A stretch of 64,000 nucleotides of DNA from Vicugna vicugna (lineage: Eukaryota): assembly GCA_013265495.1 (NCBI GenBank), contig MU058441.1:124001-188000 (forward strand), given 5' to 3'. Of the stretch, positions 27,201-39,200 are shown piece after piece; the stretch's first letter is position 1, and every line of letters begins with the position of its first letter. The notes under the pieces are model-generated. The model worked only from the letters and a program-made list of their open reading frames with translations. It did no database searches and was not told the origin of the DNA. The position numbers and the translations under genes are program-made.

Positions 27201-30200
27201 CAAATTCTGAGAAGGAAATAAACAGGGTGATACAAAGCAGAGTAAATGGGTTGTGAAGTGGGGCCGGCTGGAGAAGCATCTGTGAGGAGGTGACAGTTAA
27301 GCGAGGCCAAGGGATGAGAATGAGCCAGGCTTGGGGAGAGTAGGGGGCACAGCAAGGCAGAGGGCCCAAGCTGGGGGCAGTCCCAGAAGAGGAGCCAGCC
27401 AGCGTGGAGCCAGAGCTGGGAGAGCAGAGGAGCAGGAGGGGCGTCTCAGAGGCGGGGTGGTGCTAGATGGCTCGAGGCCCCTGCGGGCTGCGGCGGACTC
27501 TTTTCTTAAGTACGTGGGAGGCTGCTGCCGCGGGAGTGACATGGCGTAACTTTTGAGAGTAAATTTTAACCCCTCCCCCAAAACCCAACCCCAATTAAGA
27601 GGCTGTTGCTATAGACCAGGCAAGATGATGCTGGCAGGGGAAACAGAGAGAAGAGATGCTCTCTAGGTGTAATTTGGAGGAAGAACCGACGGGGTTTACT
27701 GATGAATTTGATGTAGGCCATGGGTGAAAAGATAACGCGAGGGTGTCCGCGAGCTTCAGACTCCAGAATGCAGTGGTTGGTGGTGCTGCGTTGTGGCCGC
27801 GGAGGTGGAAAGGTCCCGCACAGGAGGACAGGGCTGTTGTTCTGTTTGGACTTTCTAAGTTTGAAACGCCTATTAGACAAAGGGCAGTTGTTATTTATCC
27901 ATTTCTTAAGGCTGCTGTAACAATTCACCCCAAACTTAGTGGCTTAAAACAGCTCAATTGTATTACCTGGCAGTTCAGGAGAAGTCCGAAATGGGTCTTA
28001 TTGGGCTGAAATCAAGGCGTTAGCAGGGCTGTGTTCCTCCTGGAGGCTTGAGGGGAGAATCGTTTCCTCACCTCTTTTGGCTTCTGGGGAGGCTGCCTGC
28101 CTTCCTTGGCTTGTGGCCTCTTGCTCCATCTTCAGATCTCTGACTCTGACCCTCCTGCCTCCCTTCCATAAGGACCCTTGTGATTACATTGGGCCCACCC
28201 AAATAACCTGCCCCATCACATGATCCTTAACTTAATCAAACCTACAAAGCACCTTTTGCCCTAAAAAGTAGCTTCTTCACAGTCCTGGGCATTAGGGCCT
28301 GGACCTCTCTGGGGTGGTGGGCCATTATTCTGCTTTCTACAGCTATGCTGGTCTGGCTTCTGTGGGAGGGACGCTGGCGCTGCAGATACAAAGGTGGGAA
28401 TTTCAGCACTGACAGGTATATTGAAGCCAGGGGATTGGAAGGGATCACTAGAGCATGCTGGAGAGGAAAACAAGGAGCCAGCCCCGGGACACCAGTGACA
28501 TTTAGAAGTCAGACAATGAAGGAGCAAGCTAAGGCATTTGGGAAAGAATAATGAGAGGGGTCAAGGGAAATCAAAACGCAAGGGTTTCAGGGAGGAGATG
28601 TTTGCTTATGTCCAAGGCTGCTGAGAGGTTGAGGAAGATCAGGACAGAAAGGTGTCCCTTGGATTTGGCAAGGTGGGGACCACAGCTGACCTTGACAGGA
28701 GCCCTATCAGAGGGCGGGAGTCAGCTTGGGGTGGGGTGGACTGGCTAGGGCACACCCAGGTGTGGATTTTATTATTCTTCTGTAAACCGTGGAGATAAGT
28801 GAATGACATATATCGTCATTTTTTTAAGTGTCCAGTGATGGGAGATGAGGAAGTGGAAACAGCACCTCGTTCCTGCCCCCCGTCCACTGTAGCTCACTTT
28901 GAACTTTTCATCATGTTTCCCCTTTATAAACACGGACTAATCATGCACTTCCCCTTTACAAAGTCCTCTGTGGCTTCCTACTGCCTTCAGCATAAAGACC
29001 TTGAACTTGGCTCACTGTTACCAAGCCCGTCTCAGGGCGCCTTCCCCAGTACCCACTACTCACAACCCCTGGGATGGGGAGCTCTCTCCCTGTCTCGGGG
29101 CAGCCCAAACCTCCCTGGGCAGCAGGGACAGTGAGGATGTTTCGGCCAACACTGGCTCTCTGCTGTCCTCCTGGGCTCAGGGCAGGGGGCAGAGTCTGTA
29201 ATGTAATCTGCATTAGCAATTACATCTCTGGAGACTGCCTTAATCAGGCTGAGGTGCCCACCCACTGAAACCTCCAGTTTTGACCGACCCATAGGCTAAG
29301 GGCACCAGTGTACTCTTCTCGGGAAGCACTGTCACTGAGGCCAGATGGCGCAGGCCCCCGGCCACCACTAGGAAGCCAGCACTGCCCCCAACAGAACCAA
29401 ATATGCTGCTGGTGGCTTCCTGGTTCCCCGCCACTGCCACCAAAGAGCAGAGAGTCTTTCTGTACCACCGGTATCGCCCCCATCTCTGTCAGGGTGGGCC
29501 AGCAGGCAGAGAGGGGAGGCAGTTAGCCATTTCCTGCCTGGAGCTGTGCAAAGGTAGAGGTTGAGCAAACGCCTCCCATGTGATGCAGGGTCCGCCGTCC
29601 CAGGCTGGAAGTCTGCCTGCCTTTCCAGGTCTGGGCTTCTCTATAGATTTCCAAACAGAGAGCCTGTGGGTCTGTGGGCCTGGAATGGACAGACTGGGCC
29701 TGGGCAGGCAGGGAGGAGAAGGGAATCATTGACCAGATCAACTTTGCTGCCTACCCATCCGCTCAGGCTTCTGGTCACCAGCCCCAGTACCAGCGGGACT
29801 GCAGAGCCCCTGCATCAATGTTCCCTCGTCCACGATGAGCTCCGTTGCCACCCAGTTGGTAAGTCAGCCCTCACTCCAGGGAATGCTCGAGGACCTCCTT
29901 TCTAGGAATCCCACTCATCCAGCCCAACCATTCCAGCCCCAGCCCCATCTAACCCAGTCCCTCTACCCCGGGCCCCACCACCACCGACAGCAAGCCTTCC
30001 ACCCTGATGCCCAGTCCCATCCCTTCCCAACCCTCGTCGCCAACCCACCATTCTGGACCCAGTCCTAACAGCAAAAATGATACCTGAAACGTGTCGAATA
30101 CTCCATTCTGCTAAGTGCTTCGTATACCTTTAACCCTCAAAACCATGCCATTTTACAGAAGAGGAAGCCTTTGGTTTCCAGAGACGTCCTTTGGTTTCCA

Positions 30201-33200
30201 GCATGACTACGGTCACGCATCTGGGCAGCACCAGAAATGCAAACCCAGCTCCACCTGATTCCAAAACCCAACCTATCCCAGCTCATCACACCTCAATGGA
30301 ATCCACCCCTTCCCCTCCCGATCTAACTGTGGCCACCCTAGCATCTAGCAGGGGCCTGCCCTAGATCAGGCACTCAGTCACACTGATCAGCAGATGAATG
30401 GACCTGGTTCACTCATTGAGCAAACTGTCCCCACCCCACCCAGTCCTACTGAAGGCCCATCTGTGCTGACGGCTGTGTAAGGAGGAATCCTGGGCTCTGT
30501 GAGACCTCAATCTCTGCCTCAGAAGGGGACATGGTCCAGTAGGGTGACTGAGTGATCCTGTGACTCAGAAATGAGTCTCCTGAGGCCCACCCCTGAGAGC
30601 GGGGAGCAGGAGGAGCTACATCTCTGCCCCCGGGGGTGTGGGGCAGTAAGAGTCCCTGGAGACAGGACTCTGAGAGAGAAGGGCTCATCGGTTTGTAGAG
30701 CCAGTCCTCCCAGCGCTGCACACACCGCCGGCTGGCGCTTCTCCACCTGCCTGCCCCACCAGACCAGGGGCCCCTGGAGGACAAGGAGCAGGTGTGTTTC
30801 TCTGGATCCCTGTCACTGTGGCACAGAGCAGACATCATGGGGCCTATGTTGAATGAGGCACTGGATGAGCCTGGGGGAGAGGCCTGTCCCTGAAGGCCCC
30901 CCTATCCAGCTTCTAGAGGCTGCCCAGAGGGGCTACTGGTTCCTCATGGGGCCCTGACCAAGATGGCCCTGTGCCCTCTGACCTTGGCTCCTAGACTGCT
31001 TCCCAGCATCCCTCCTCCTTACCTGGGCTTACCTGTTTCAGAGCATGTCTCCATCCCAAAAAGGAGGTACCGGGGTGTGACAGCTGTCCGGAACCAGCAT
31101 GGTGTTTTGGTGAGTGTGTGTGGCATGGGAGGATGGAGGGCTTCAGGGAGGCTGGTGCTAACCCCTGTGGTCGACCGTTGTGGGTACCAGTCCTGACTGG
31201 CATGTTATTCTCGGGGCTGAGCCCAGCTGTCTCCCTGGTGCCAACCCCAGGGCTGATGGTGGCTCTGACGCAGGTCCTCATGTGACCCAGCACACTGGTC
31301 CCAGCACTGACTCCTACCCCTGCTGAGGAGTGAGCAAGCTGTTCCTGTGTCCCCTGCCTGGTTGAGGCCCTTGGTTCTGGCATGGGGGTGAGGGGATGGC
31401 TGCGACTAGGGGCCCTGGGCTGGGGTGACCCAGGCTTTTCCCTCTCCCTCTCCCCCTCCTCCAGATCTGCATTCAAGTGCCGACCCGGCAGCCCCACAGC
31501 CTCAGCTCAGAGTTCACGGGTAACTGCAGCCTGCTGGCTCCTGACCTCCAGCCCCGGGCCCAGGTTTACTTCTCCAACCTTGGTAAGGACTGGACCCCCT
31601 CTGGCCTTGGACAGCTCTGAAGAGCTCTCCTTAGGTCTCCAAGAAGAGGCACTAGCCCATAGCAGGTGCAGAGGGACACAGAGGCCCCGAGAAGGCCAAA
31701 AGGTCTAGGCCCCTGTGAAGGGAACCAGGGCAGAGCTAAGTGTGGGCTTGCCTGGAGGTGAACAGGAGGCCATCTGACCCTGGGCTCATCCATGTGTACT
31801 TTTTAGAGAATCTCCTGGATCCCGATGCCCATGTGGATGCTGGAGTCTGCTCCAGGAACAAAGAAGGCAGCACGGAGAACAGAGCCAGGCAGCGCCGGGC
31901 TCTGAAGGTGGAGGAGGAGGAAGAGGAGGAGGAGGAGGAGGGAGCAGGTAAGAAGAGGCAGATCTAGCTTGCTCCCAGAAGCTGTCAGAGCTGACCCCTA
32001 GGCTGGTGACCTCCAGGGATGAGGGGCCCTAGGTCCGGGAGATGGGGAGCAGTGGCTGGATTCTACAGGCCTGGCCACTCCCAGCTCTGCCCCACTCCAT
32101 CTTACAGGCGAGTGGGAGTGCGAGGAGTGACACACAGCCAGAGCCCCAGCAGCCTCTGACTGTCTCTGCCCCTGAGACAAAGGCTTCCCTCTTGGGAGCA
32201 TCATCGACGTCCTCCCTGAACTGAGCCCTCAGAGCTTCAGTGGGGTGGGTGCCCTCACTCCTGCCCCGAATGCCACGCCCACTCCTGACCTGCTCCCTGT
32301 CTTGGCCCAGGTACCGAGATCGCCATCATCCTGGATGGCTCAGGAAGCATCGATCCCCCAGACTTCCAGAGAGCCAAAGATTTCATCTCCAACATGATGA
32401 AGAACGTCTATGAGAAGTGCTTTGAGGTGGGCTTCCCTAAGGGCTGGACTCACACAGCCTCTGGGTGACCCACCACAGTGAACCCGCCACCCCAAAGCGT
32501 CCCCCAGTGACCTGCTCATATTCGTGGGTCAGCTATTTGGGCTGGGCTCAGCAGGGTGGTGGTTCTGCTGGAGTTATTCCTGTAGCTGCAGACTTCTGGT
32601 TGCTTGCTTGGGGGGCCTAAGGTACCATCACTTGTCTGGGTCCTGTGCCTTCAGCAGCTCAGCCCAACTCTTTCATGGCAGGCGCTTTTCAAGCCTCTGA
32701 TTGGATCACATTGGCTGATGCCCCATTGGCCAAAGCAAGTCACATGGCCTATCCTGGAGCCAGTGTGGGGGAGGGGGACCACACAGGGACGTGGATTCAG
32801 GGAGCAGCCTGTGACTCACTGGGAGGCATTACCATCACACCTTCCTCGCCCCCTACTGGCTTAGAGATTTCCCTCTGCCTCGGCATCTCCTCTGGCCCAG
32901 AGTTGAGGAGGAAGGAGTGGATTCTGCACTGCCTTCAAGGGGAGCCATCTAAGGAGTGGAAGTGGCCGTGGGCATGGTGACTCTGCCAACTTCCTCCCCC
33001 CTTGGCCCTCCCCTCCAGTGCAGCTTTGCCCTGGTGCAGTACGGGACAGTCATCCAGACGGAGCTTGACCTTCAGGACAGCCAAGACGTGACGGCCTCCC
33101 TCGCCAGAGTCCAGAACATCACTCAAGTGGGCAATGTCACCAAGACTGCCTCTGCCATGCAGCATGTGCTGTGAGTGTGAGGGCAGTGGGGATTACCTGC

Positions 33201-36200
33201 ACACCTGCTGGGTGCCGGCCCATGGCCCTGCCCAGAGGCTCTGAGGCATCCTGACTGGAGAAAGTGGCTGGCCAGAACTGGGAAGAGGAGAGGGTCTTCC
33301 TTGGCTGAAAGGGGACTGTGAGGTCCTCTAGTCCAGCCTTGGCTGGTGGATGACACCCCAGGACAGTCCTCCAAAAGTTCCTCCAAAGGTTCCTCCCGCA
33401 GTGGCAATCAGGCACAGTGCTTATAGGGAGGGGCTCAGTGGCCAAGCTCCCTGGGTTCAACTCCCAGCTCTAGTTGTGAGACCTTGGGCAAGTTGCCTAA
33501 CCTCTCTGTGCTTCAATTTCGTCACTGTTAAAATGAGAATAACAGTAGTACTTGCCTCATAGGATTTTGTAAGGATTAAATGGGTTAAAACTGGGACGGC
33601 ACCTACAACAGTGCCTGGCACATAAGTGCTATGTAAATCTCAGCCACTGTTATTAATGTCATTATCATTCCTACACGTGCATGCGAGGAAGAGGCTCAAG
33701 TGCTGTCCAGCATCTTTCCATTGGGAGCAGGTGCGGGGCAAGAACATGTGTGTTACAGCCTCATGTCCACCTGCCCTGCTGTGCACCGTAGGGCATCACC
33801 GTCCCTCTCTGGGCCTTTGCTCCCCTAGGAGGGCTCCTTAATCCTCTCCAGTTCTATAACAGCTCAGTAAAATCTCCCCCAGGCTCAGTCGTCCTTTTGG
33901 CAAAGTTCTCTCCATTTATTCTCCCCGACTTAGAGACAACATCTTCACCCCAAGCCATGGCTCCAGAAGAAAGGCCTCCAAGGTCATGGTGGTGCTCACC
34001 GATGGGGACATATTCGGGGACCCCCTCAACCTCACGACTGCCATCAATTCCCCAAAGATGCAAGGTGTTGAGCGCTTTGCCACTGGGGTAAGAGCCAGGA
34101 GCTGGGCGGGTGGGTGGATACCCTGTGACCCTGTACAGCCTGGGGTGGGGAGGAGCCAGGGTTCCTAGAGGGACTTCGGTAAGCAGCTTACCCAAACCTG
34201 CTCCATTCACACTCACCAAGTTCTCTTCTCTCAGCCCCGCCATGTCCCCTGCTCCCCTCAGCCCCCGCCTACCTCTGGGTCTTCCCCCAGAGGGCTCATT
34301 TCCTAACAGTGGACATGGCTCACTGGCCTAGCAGTGATGGGGAGAGCGGTGGACACTCTGGGAGCCATGGGAGGGATAGCAGGAAGATTCCTGGAGGAGA
34401 TGGTGCTGAGCCGAGTCTTGGAGGACAAACGGGAGTAGCTAACCAAGGGCACAGGGGAGGCGGGAAGGGCACTGCAGGCAGAGGGACCAGGACATTCAGG
34501 GGTGAGAAGGAGCCCAGTGTGTTCAGGAAAACCCATGTAGAGTGTGTGTGGAGGAGCATAGGGAGCAGGTAAAGAAGGGAGAAGGCGGAGGACCTCAGCC
34601 AGCGGGCGGGCTCAGCGCTCTCCCTGGGCCTGGCGAGCCCTCACACGCTGACCACTGCCCAGGGCATCTGTGCAGGTGGGAGATGCATTTAAGAATAACA
34701 AGACCTATGAGCAACTGAAGCTGATTGCCTCAGAGACCCCTGAGGCCCACGCCTTCAAGGTGACCAACTACATGGCGCTGGATGGGCTGCTGAGCAAATT
34801 GCAGCAGAGCATCATTCGCGTGGAAGGTGAGGCTCCAGGGGCCGCAACCAGCCCGCGGCAGCCCCCTGAGCTTTCAGCGGGAGGCCTGAGACCTGCGCTC
34901 CAGCCCCGCCCCGTCCTACCTCCGTGTGGCACTCTGGACAACCGTCACCTCTCTGAGCCTCAGCTGTTCCATCTCTCAAAAGGCAACAGCATCCCCAGCC
35001 CTCTTTACCTCCCCCAGATTCCATGAGGCTCTTTCTGGTGCTGGAGATAAAGGCTGACTGGGGTGTGGTTCCTGCTCCCAGGAGCTCACAGATGAGGAGA
35101 CCGAGGCCCAAAAGGGCGAGTGGGGGATGGGGGCTGCCCAGCCTGCTCTGTCAGGACCCAGATCTCTCCTCCAGCCTGGTGCTCAGCCCATCGTGTGGAA
35201 CATCGCTCCCCTGGGAGCAAGGCCAAGCTGGACCCTTCTCTGACGTGGTTTCTCCCTTCACCTCGGCCCACAGCCGACTCACTGGCTTCTTGTCTTCCAG
35301 GCACGGTCGGAGACGCCCCCCACTACCAGCTGGCACAGGTCGGGTTCAGCGCCCAGATCCTGGACGAGGTACATGGCCGACTCAACACCGGGCAGGCTCC
35401 CCACAGAGGAGGGCGCCCCCACGACCCCCAGGAACTCAGGGACCTCTTGCTCTCCCTGCCCTCCTGTGGTGATGCCTCTGAAGGAGCCATTTTAGGACAA
35501 AGTTTCCTTGCCCCAAAACTGGACCTTTGAGGTCAATGAAAGTAAGGCCCTACTTATAAACAGGAGGTTGTTTTGTCCTGTTCCAGGATTAAGCAGTGTC
35601 CCTTAGCATAGACATGGGTTTTGGCCTGGCTGGGCTTGCCAACCAAGTTGAGTACTTCTTCCGACCGAAGGCCCTGTCCCCTGCTGATGGGGAGACATGC
35701 AGGCACATTGAGGACACTGTCCATGTATGTGGTGGAAGCTGGGCTGGCACATCTCTCCCTGCAGGTGGGCCTTGGGCCCTGGCTGGGCGGCCTGTGGAGA
35801 TGAGCCATGTCTTGCTCAGTCAGACTTTTTTTTAACACTCAACATCTGGGCCCCGGGTTGGATTTCTGCCCTGGGAGGTCCTTGGTACTGGGGGGACAGC
35901 TGCCCTGACAAACTCATGGGTACAAGGCAGGAACCTAGAGTTTGCCATCTCACCATCCTCCTGCACCTCTGGCAGGTGGGACACAGGCATGCTGAACACC
36001 TCCTGTCCCCTCTGCAAGGCTCACTGCATTGGCCGGTAGACCCTTGGCCACCATAGCTGGCCCTGGGTCCCTCCTGCTCACAGGGTCACCAGCCCTTGTC
36101 CCCTGCAGGGACAGGTGCTGCTCGGAGCTGTCGGGGCCTTTGATTGGTCGGGGGGTGTGCTGCTCTATGACACAAATAACTGTCGGGGCCATTTCCTGAA

Positions 36201-39200
36201 CCAGACAGTGGTGGATGCCAAGGCTGCGCAATATGGTTACCTAGGTGAGGGCGGGGCCTGGAGGCTGCCTGGGTGAGGGCGGGGCCTGGAGGCTGCCTGG
36301 GTGAGGGCGGGGCCTGGAGGCTGCCTGGGTGAGAGAGGGGCCTGGAGGCTGCCTGGGTGAGGGCGGGGCCTGGAGGCTGCCTGGGTGAGGGTGAGACCTG
36401 GAGGCTGCCTGGGTGAGGGCGGAGACTTGGAGGCTGTCTGGGATACTGAGATTGTACCTTAGGCTGCAATAAGTTTCCTAGTCCAAGAGGGCCCTTGTCG
36501 ATCACATGGACTAAGGGATGGGCCCTGGTTAGGGACCCTGAAGCTTAGAATTAGGCCTGCTCAGAACTGAAGTGCTGGGTGGCCCTGGGTGGCTGCCTAG
36601 GGAAGGAGAGAGCCTTGCCGTTAATAGTGGTAGGTGAGCCTTCATGCCCTCCTCGGTCTTCCTGTGCTGTGTGGGTAATGAACGTGGGCAGTAATTGTGG
36701 AGTACATTTTGAGCGAAGCTGTGTGTATGATAATGTGTGTACATCCCATCTGTGTGCTGGGGCCCGTGTGTGTGACTGGCCACAGTGGGTAAGTGGGAGC
36801 AATCACTGATGAATTTTTAAAAGGATGAGAAAGATAGTCTCTCCAATTTTGCCTCCCTGCCCAGGCCACTTCGAGGGTCTAGTTGGGAAGGTGGGGGGCT
36901 CAAAGGAGTCAGGCGGTGGGGGCTCCCAGTCACAGCCCCCAACCCTCAGGTTACTCGGTGGCTGTGCTGCACAAGCCCTCTGGCCTCGCCTATGTGGCGG
37001 GGGCTCCACGGCACAGGCAGAGAGGGGCTGTGTTTGAGCTCCAGGAGGGCAGAGAGACTGACTTCGTGCCAGTGCTGGAGGGCGAGCAGGTATGTGCTGG
37101 AGAAGACCCTCCCCACCCCCGTTACTATAGAGGAGGGGTCTGGAGACCCCACAGGGAAAGGGGTGGGCTCCAGGGCACCCATCCTGGGCAGAGCCCCAGC
37201 GGAACTCAGCTCCTGCCCCAGCTCTGCGTGTCTCATTGGGGGGGGGCTGTTCACCCCGTCCCCTGTGTTATTCCGGTGAACAGATGAAACTGGTGTGACC
37301 CCAATTCGGTGGTCCAGGAAGGGCAAGAACAGGATTCTAGCCTTGCCGAGGGGTCTGGGGGGGCCTCCTCAGCCCTCCCCGTGACTGTGTTCCTCCTGCA
37401 ATGTAGATGGGGTCCTATTTTGGCTCTGGGCTGTGCCCTGTGGACATTGACATGGATGGGACCACGGACTTCTTGCTGGTGGCGGCTCCATTCTACCACG
37501 TTCAAGGAGAGGAGGGCAGAGTCTACATGTACCGTGTGAACAAGCAGGTGGGAGAGTCTCTGTCCTTGCTGAGGCTGTGGCTGCTCACCCTGGGGCCAAC
37601 ATGCTGGAGGCTGAGAGCACCCTGGCCCTGCCTTGCACCAGAGGGCAGTGACAGGGAGCTCAGAGTGGATGGTGGCCTGGGTTGGGGTGGGGGGCCACTA
37701 CTGCTCTCCCTGCCCTCCCCCACTGTCTCGCCTCCCCTACCTCGTCTTCTCATGTTGAGGATGACCACGTTCCAAATCGCTGCACAGTTGACACAGCATG
37801 TTTTGTCTGCGATCTCATTTGTTTCTCACAGTCACTGTGGGAGGTAGCTGTCCCTCCCATTCTACAGATGAGGAGGCTGAGACTCAGTGATGATGAGACT
37901 TGCTTCAGTATATAGAGCAAGTGTGTGGTGGAGCCAAGGCGAGAAGCTGGGCCTCCTGATGGCCAGTCTAGTCCCCCATCATGGGAGTTGGAGGGTGGGA
38001 TGGCTCTAGGTCCTGAACTGCAAGGCAGGAAGACCCCAGCTTCACCACTCGCGCACTGTGTACCCTTGGGAAGGTCTCTTGCCTTTTCTGAGCCTCAGAG
38101 TCCCCAGTGGAGAATCAGAGTCACCAAGTCCATGAGCACGCCTCCTGGGTTGGCGATGAGGTGGGCACCCTGCAGCCCTGTCTTGAAGGCTGAGCTGCCT
38201 CTCTGCTCTACAGGATGGTTCCTTCTCCTTGGAGCGCGAGCTGATCGGGCATTCCAGGTTAATATATGCCCGATTTGGCTTTGCCATGGCAACGGTGGGG
38301 GATATCAGTCAGGACAAGCTCACAGATGTGGCCATCGGGGCCCCCCTGGAGGACTTTGGAGCAGATGATGGCGCAGGTTTTGGCAGCGTGTACATCTACA
38401 ACGGACGTTCTACCAACCAGCTGGTTAACCTCTCTACCAGCTGGTCACAGGTGACCACAGGGCTTCTACTCTAAGACTCTGATCTTCCCAGATATGATGG
38501 CCTGAGACCCAAGTCAGCTCCAGTCCTAAGTGCCAGGCAAGTCCCAGGGGGCTGGGAGCGCCCGATGAAGGACAGAGTCACTTGGAAATTCTCACCCCAG
38601 ACCCTTCCAGTGGGGCGAGAGGTCATGGCAACGTCCGTGCACTTTCCTGACCTGCATTTCCCTCCTCCTCTGGCATTCCTGACCATGGACCTGCCTCAGA
38701 GCCTCTTTCCTCTCTCTCAGTCCCTTCTCTGGCTCCTGTCCCCAACCCCACCCTCCATGCCTCACTCTCATCCCCCAGGGCTCTAGTGCCCGCCTCCGTG
38801 CTACGTCTCTTAAGGGCACTTTCACCCACTGTGGCTGCCGTTTTTCTGCAAGCTTCAGTCCTGTGTGTCCAGCTGCTCCTGAGCCTCCCACCTGCACGGT
38901 GTCCAGCATCTCACTTTCTTGATGCCCAACAGAAAGCACCCTCTCCCCAAGACCTGCTGCCCCTCTGGGCCCCTCCTCTACCCCTCACAGCAGAAACCCT
39001 GGGTAACCCCAGACACCCGGCTCAGCCTGTCAGCCTCCCCCATCCAGCCCCTCCTCTCCATCCCCAGCACCCCTGCCCTGGCTCCCGCCTCCTCTGCATC
39101 TTCCACCCTGTGTCTTCAGTGGCGTGTCTGAAATTCTGTAGTTCTGAGTAGACACCCCGACTCTATTCCTTGGTTTCACATCAGGCGTCCTTGCACCCAC

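Larger units (their letters stand above)
22901..31075 (+). repeat. Near-identical tandem duplication: unit A 22901-27059, unit B 27061-31075
   Basis: Direct comparison gives an offset of 4160 before and 4016 after an internal 144-nt duplication in unit A; only a few clustered mismatches; the ORF track repeats accordingly. Confidence 0.98.

Noticed and set aside
36245..36441. CRISPR-like array
   Set aside because: Head-to-tail repeats without unique spacers in a mammalian intron; it is a minisatellite.
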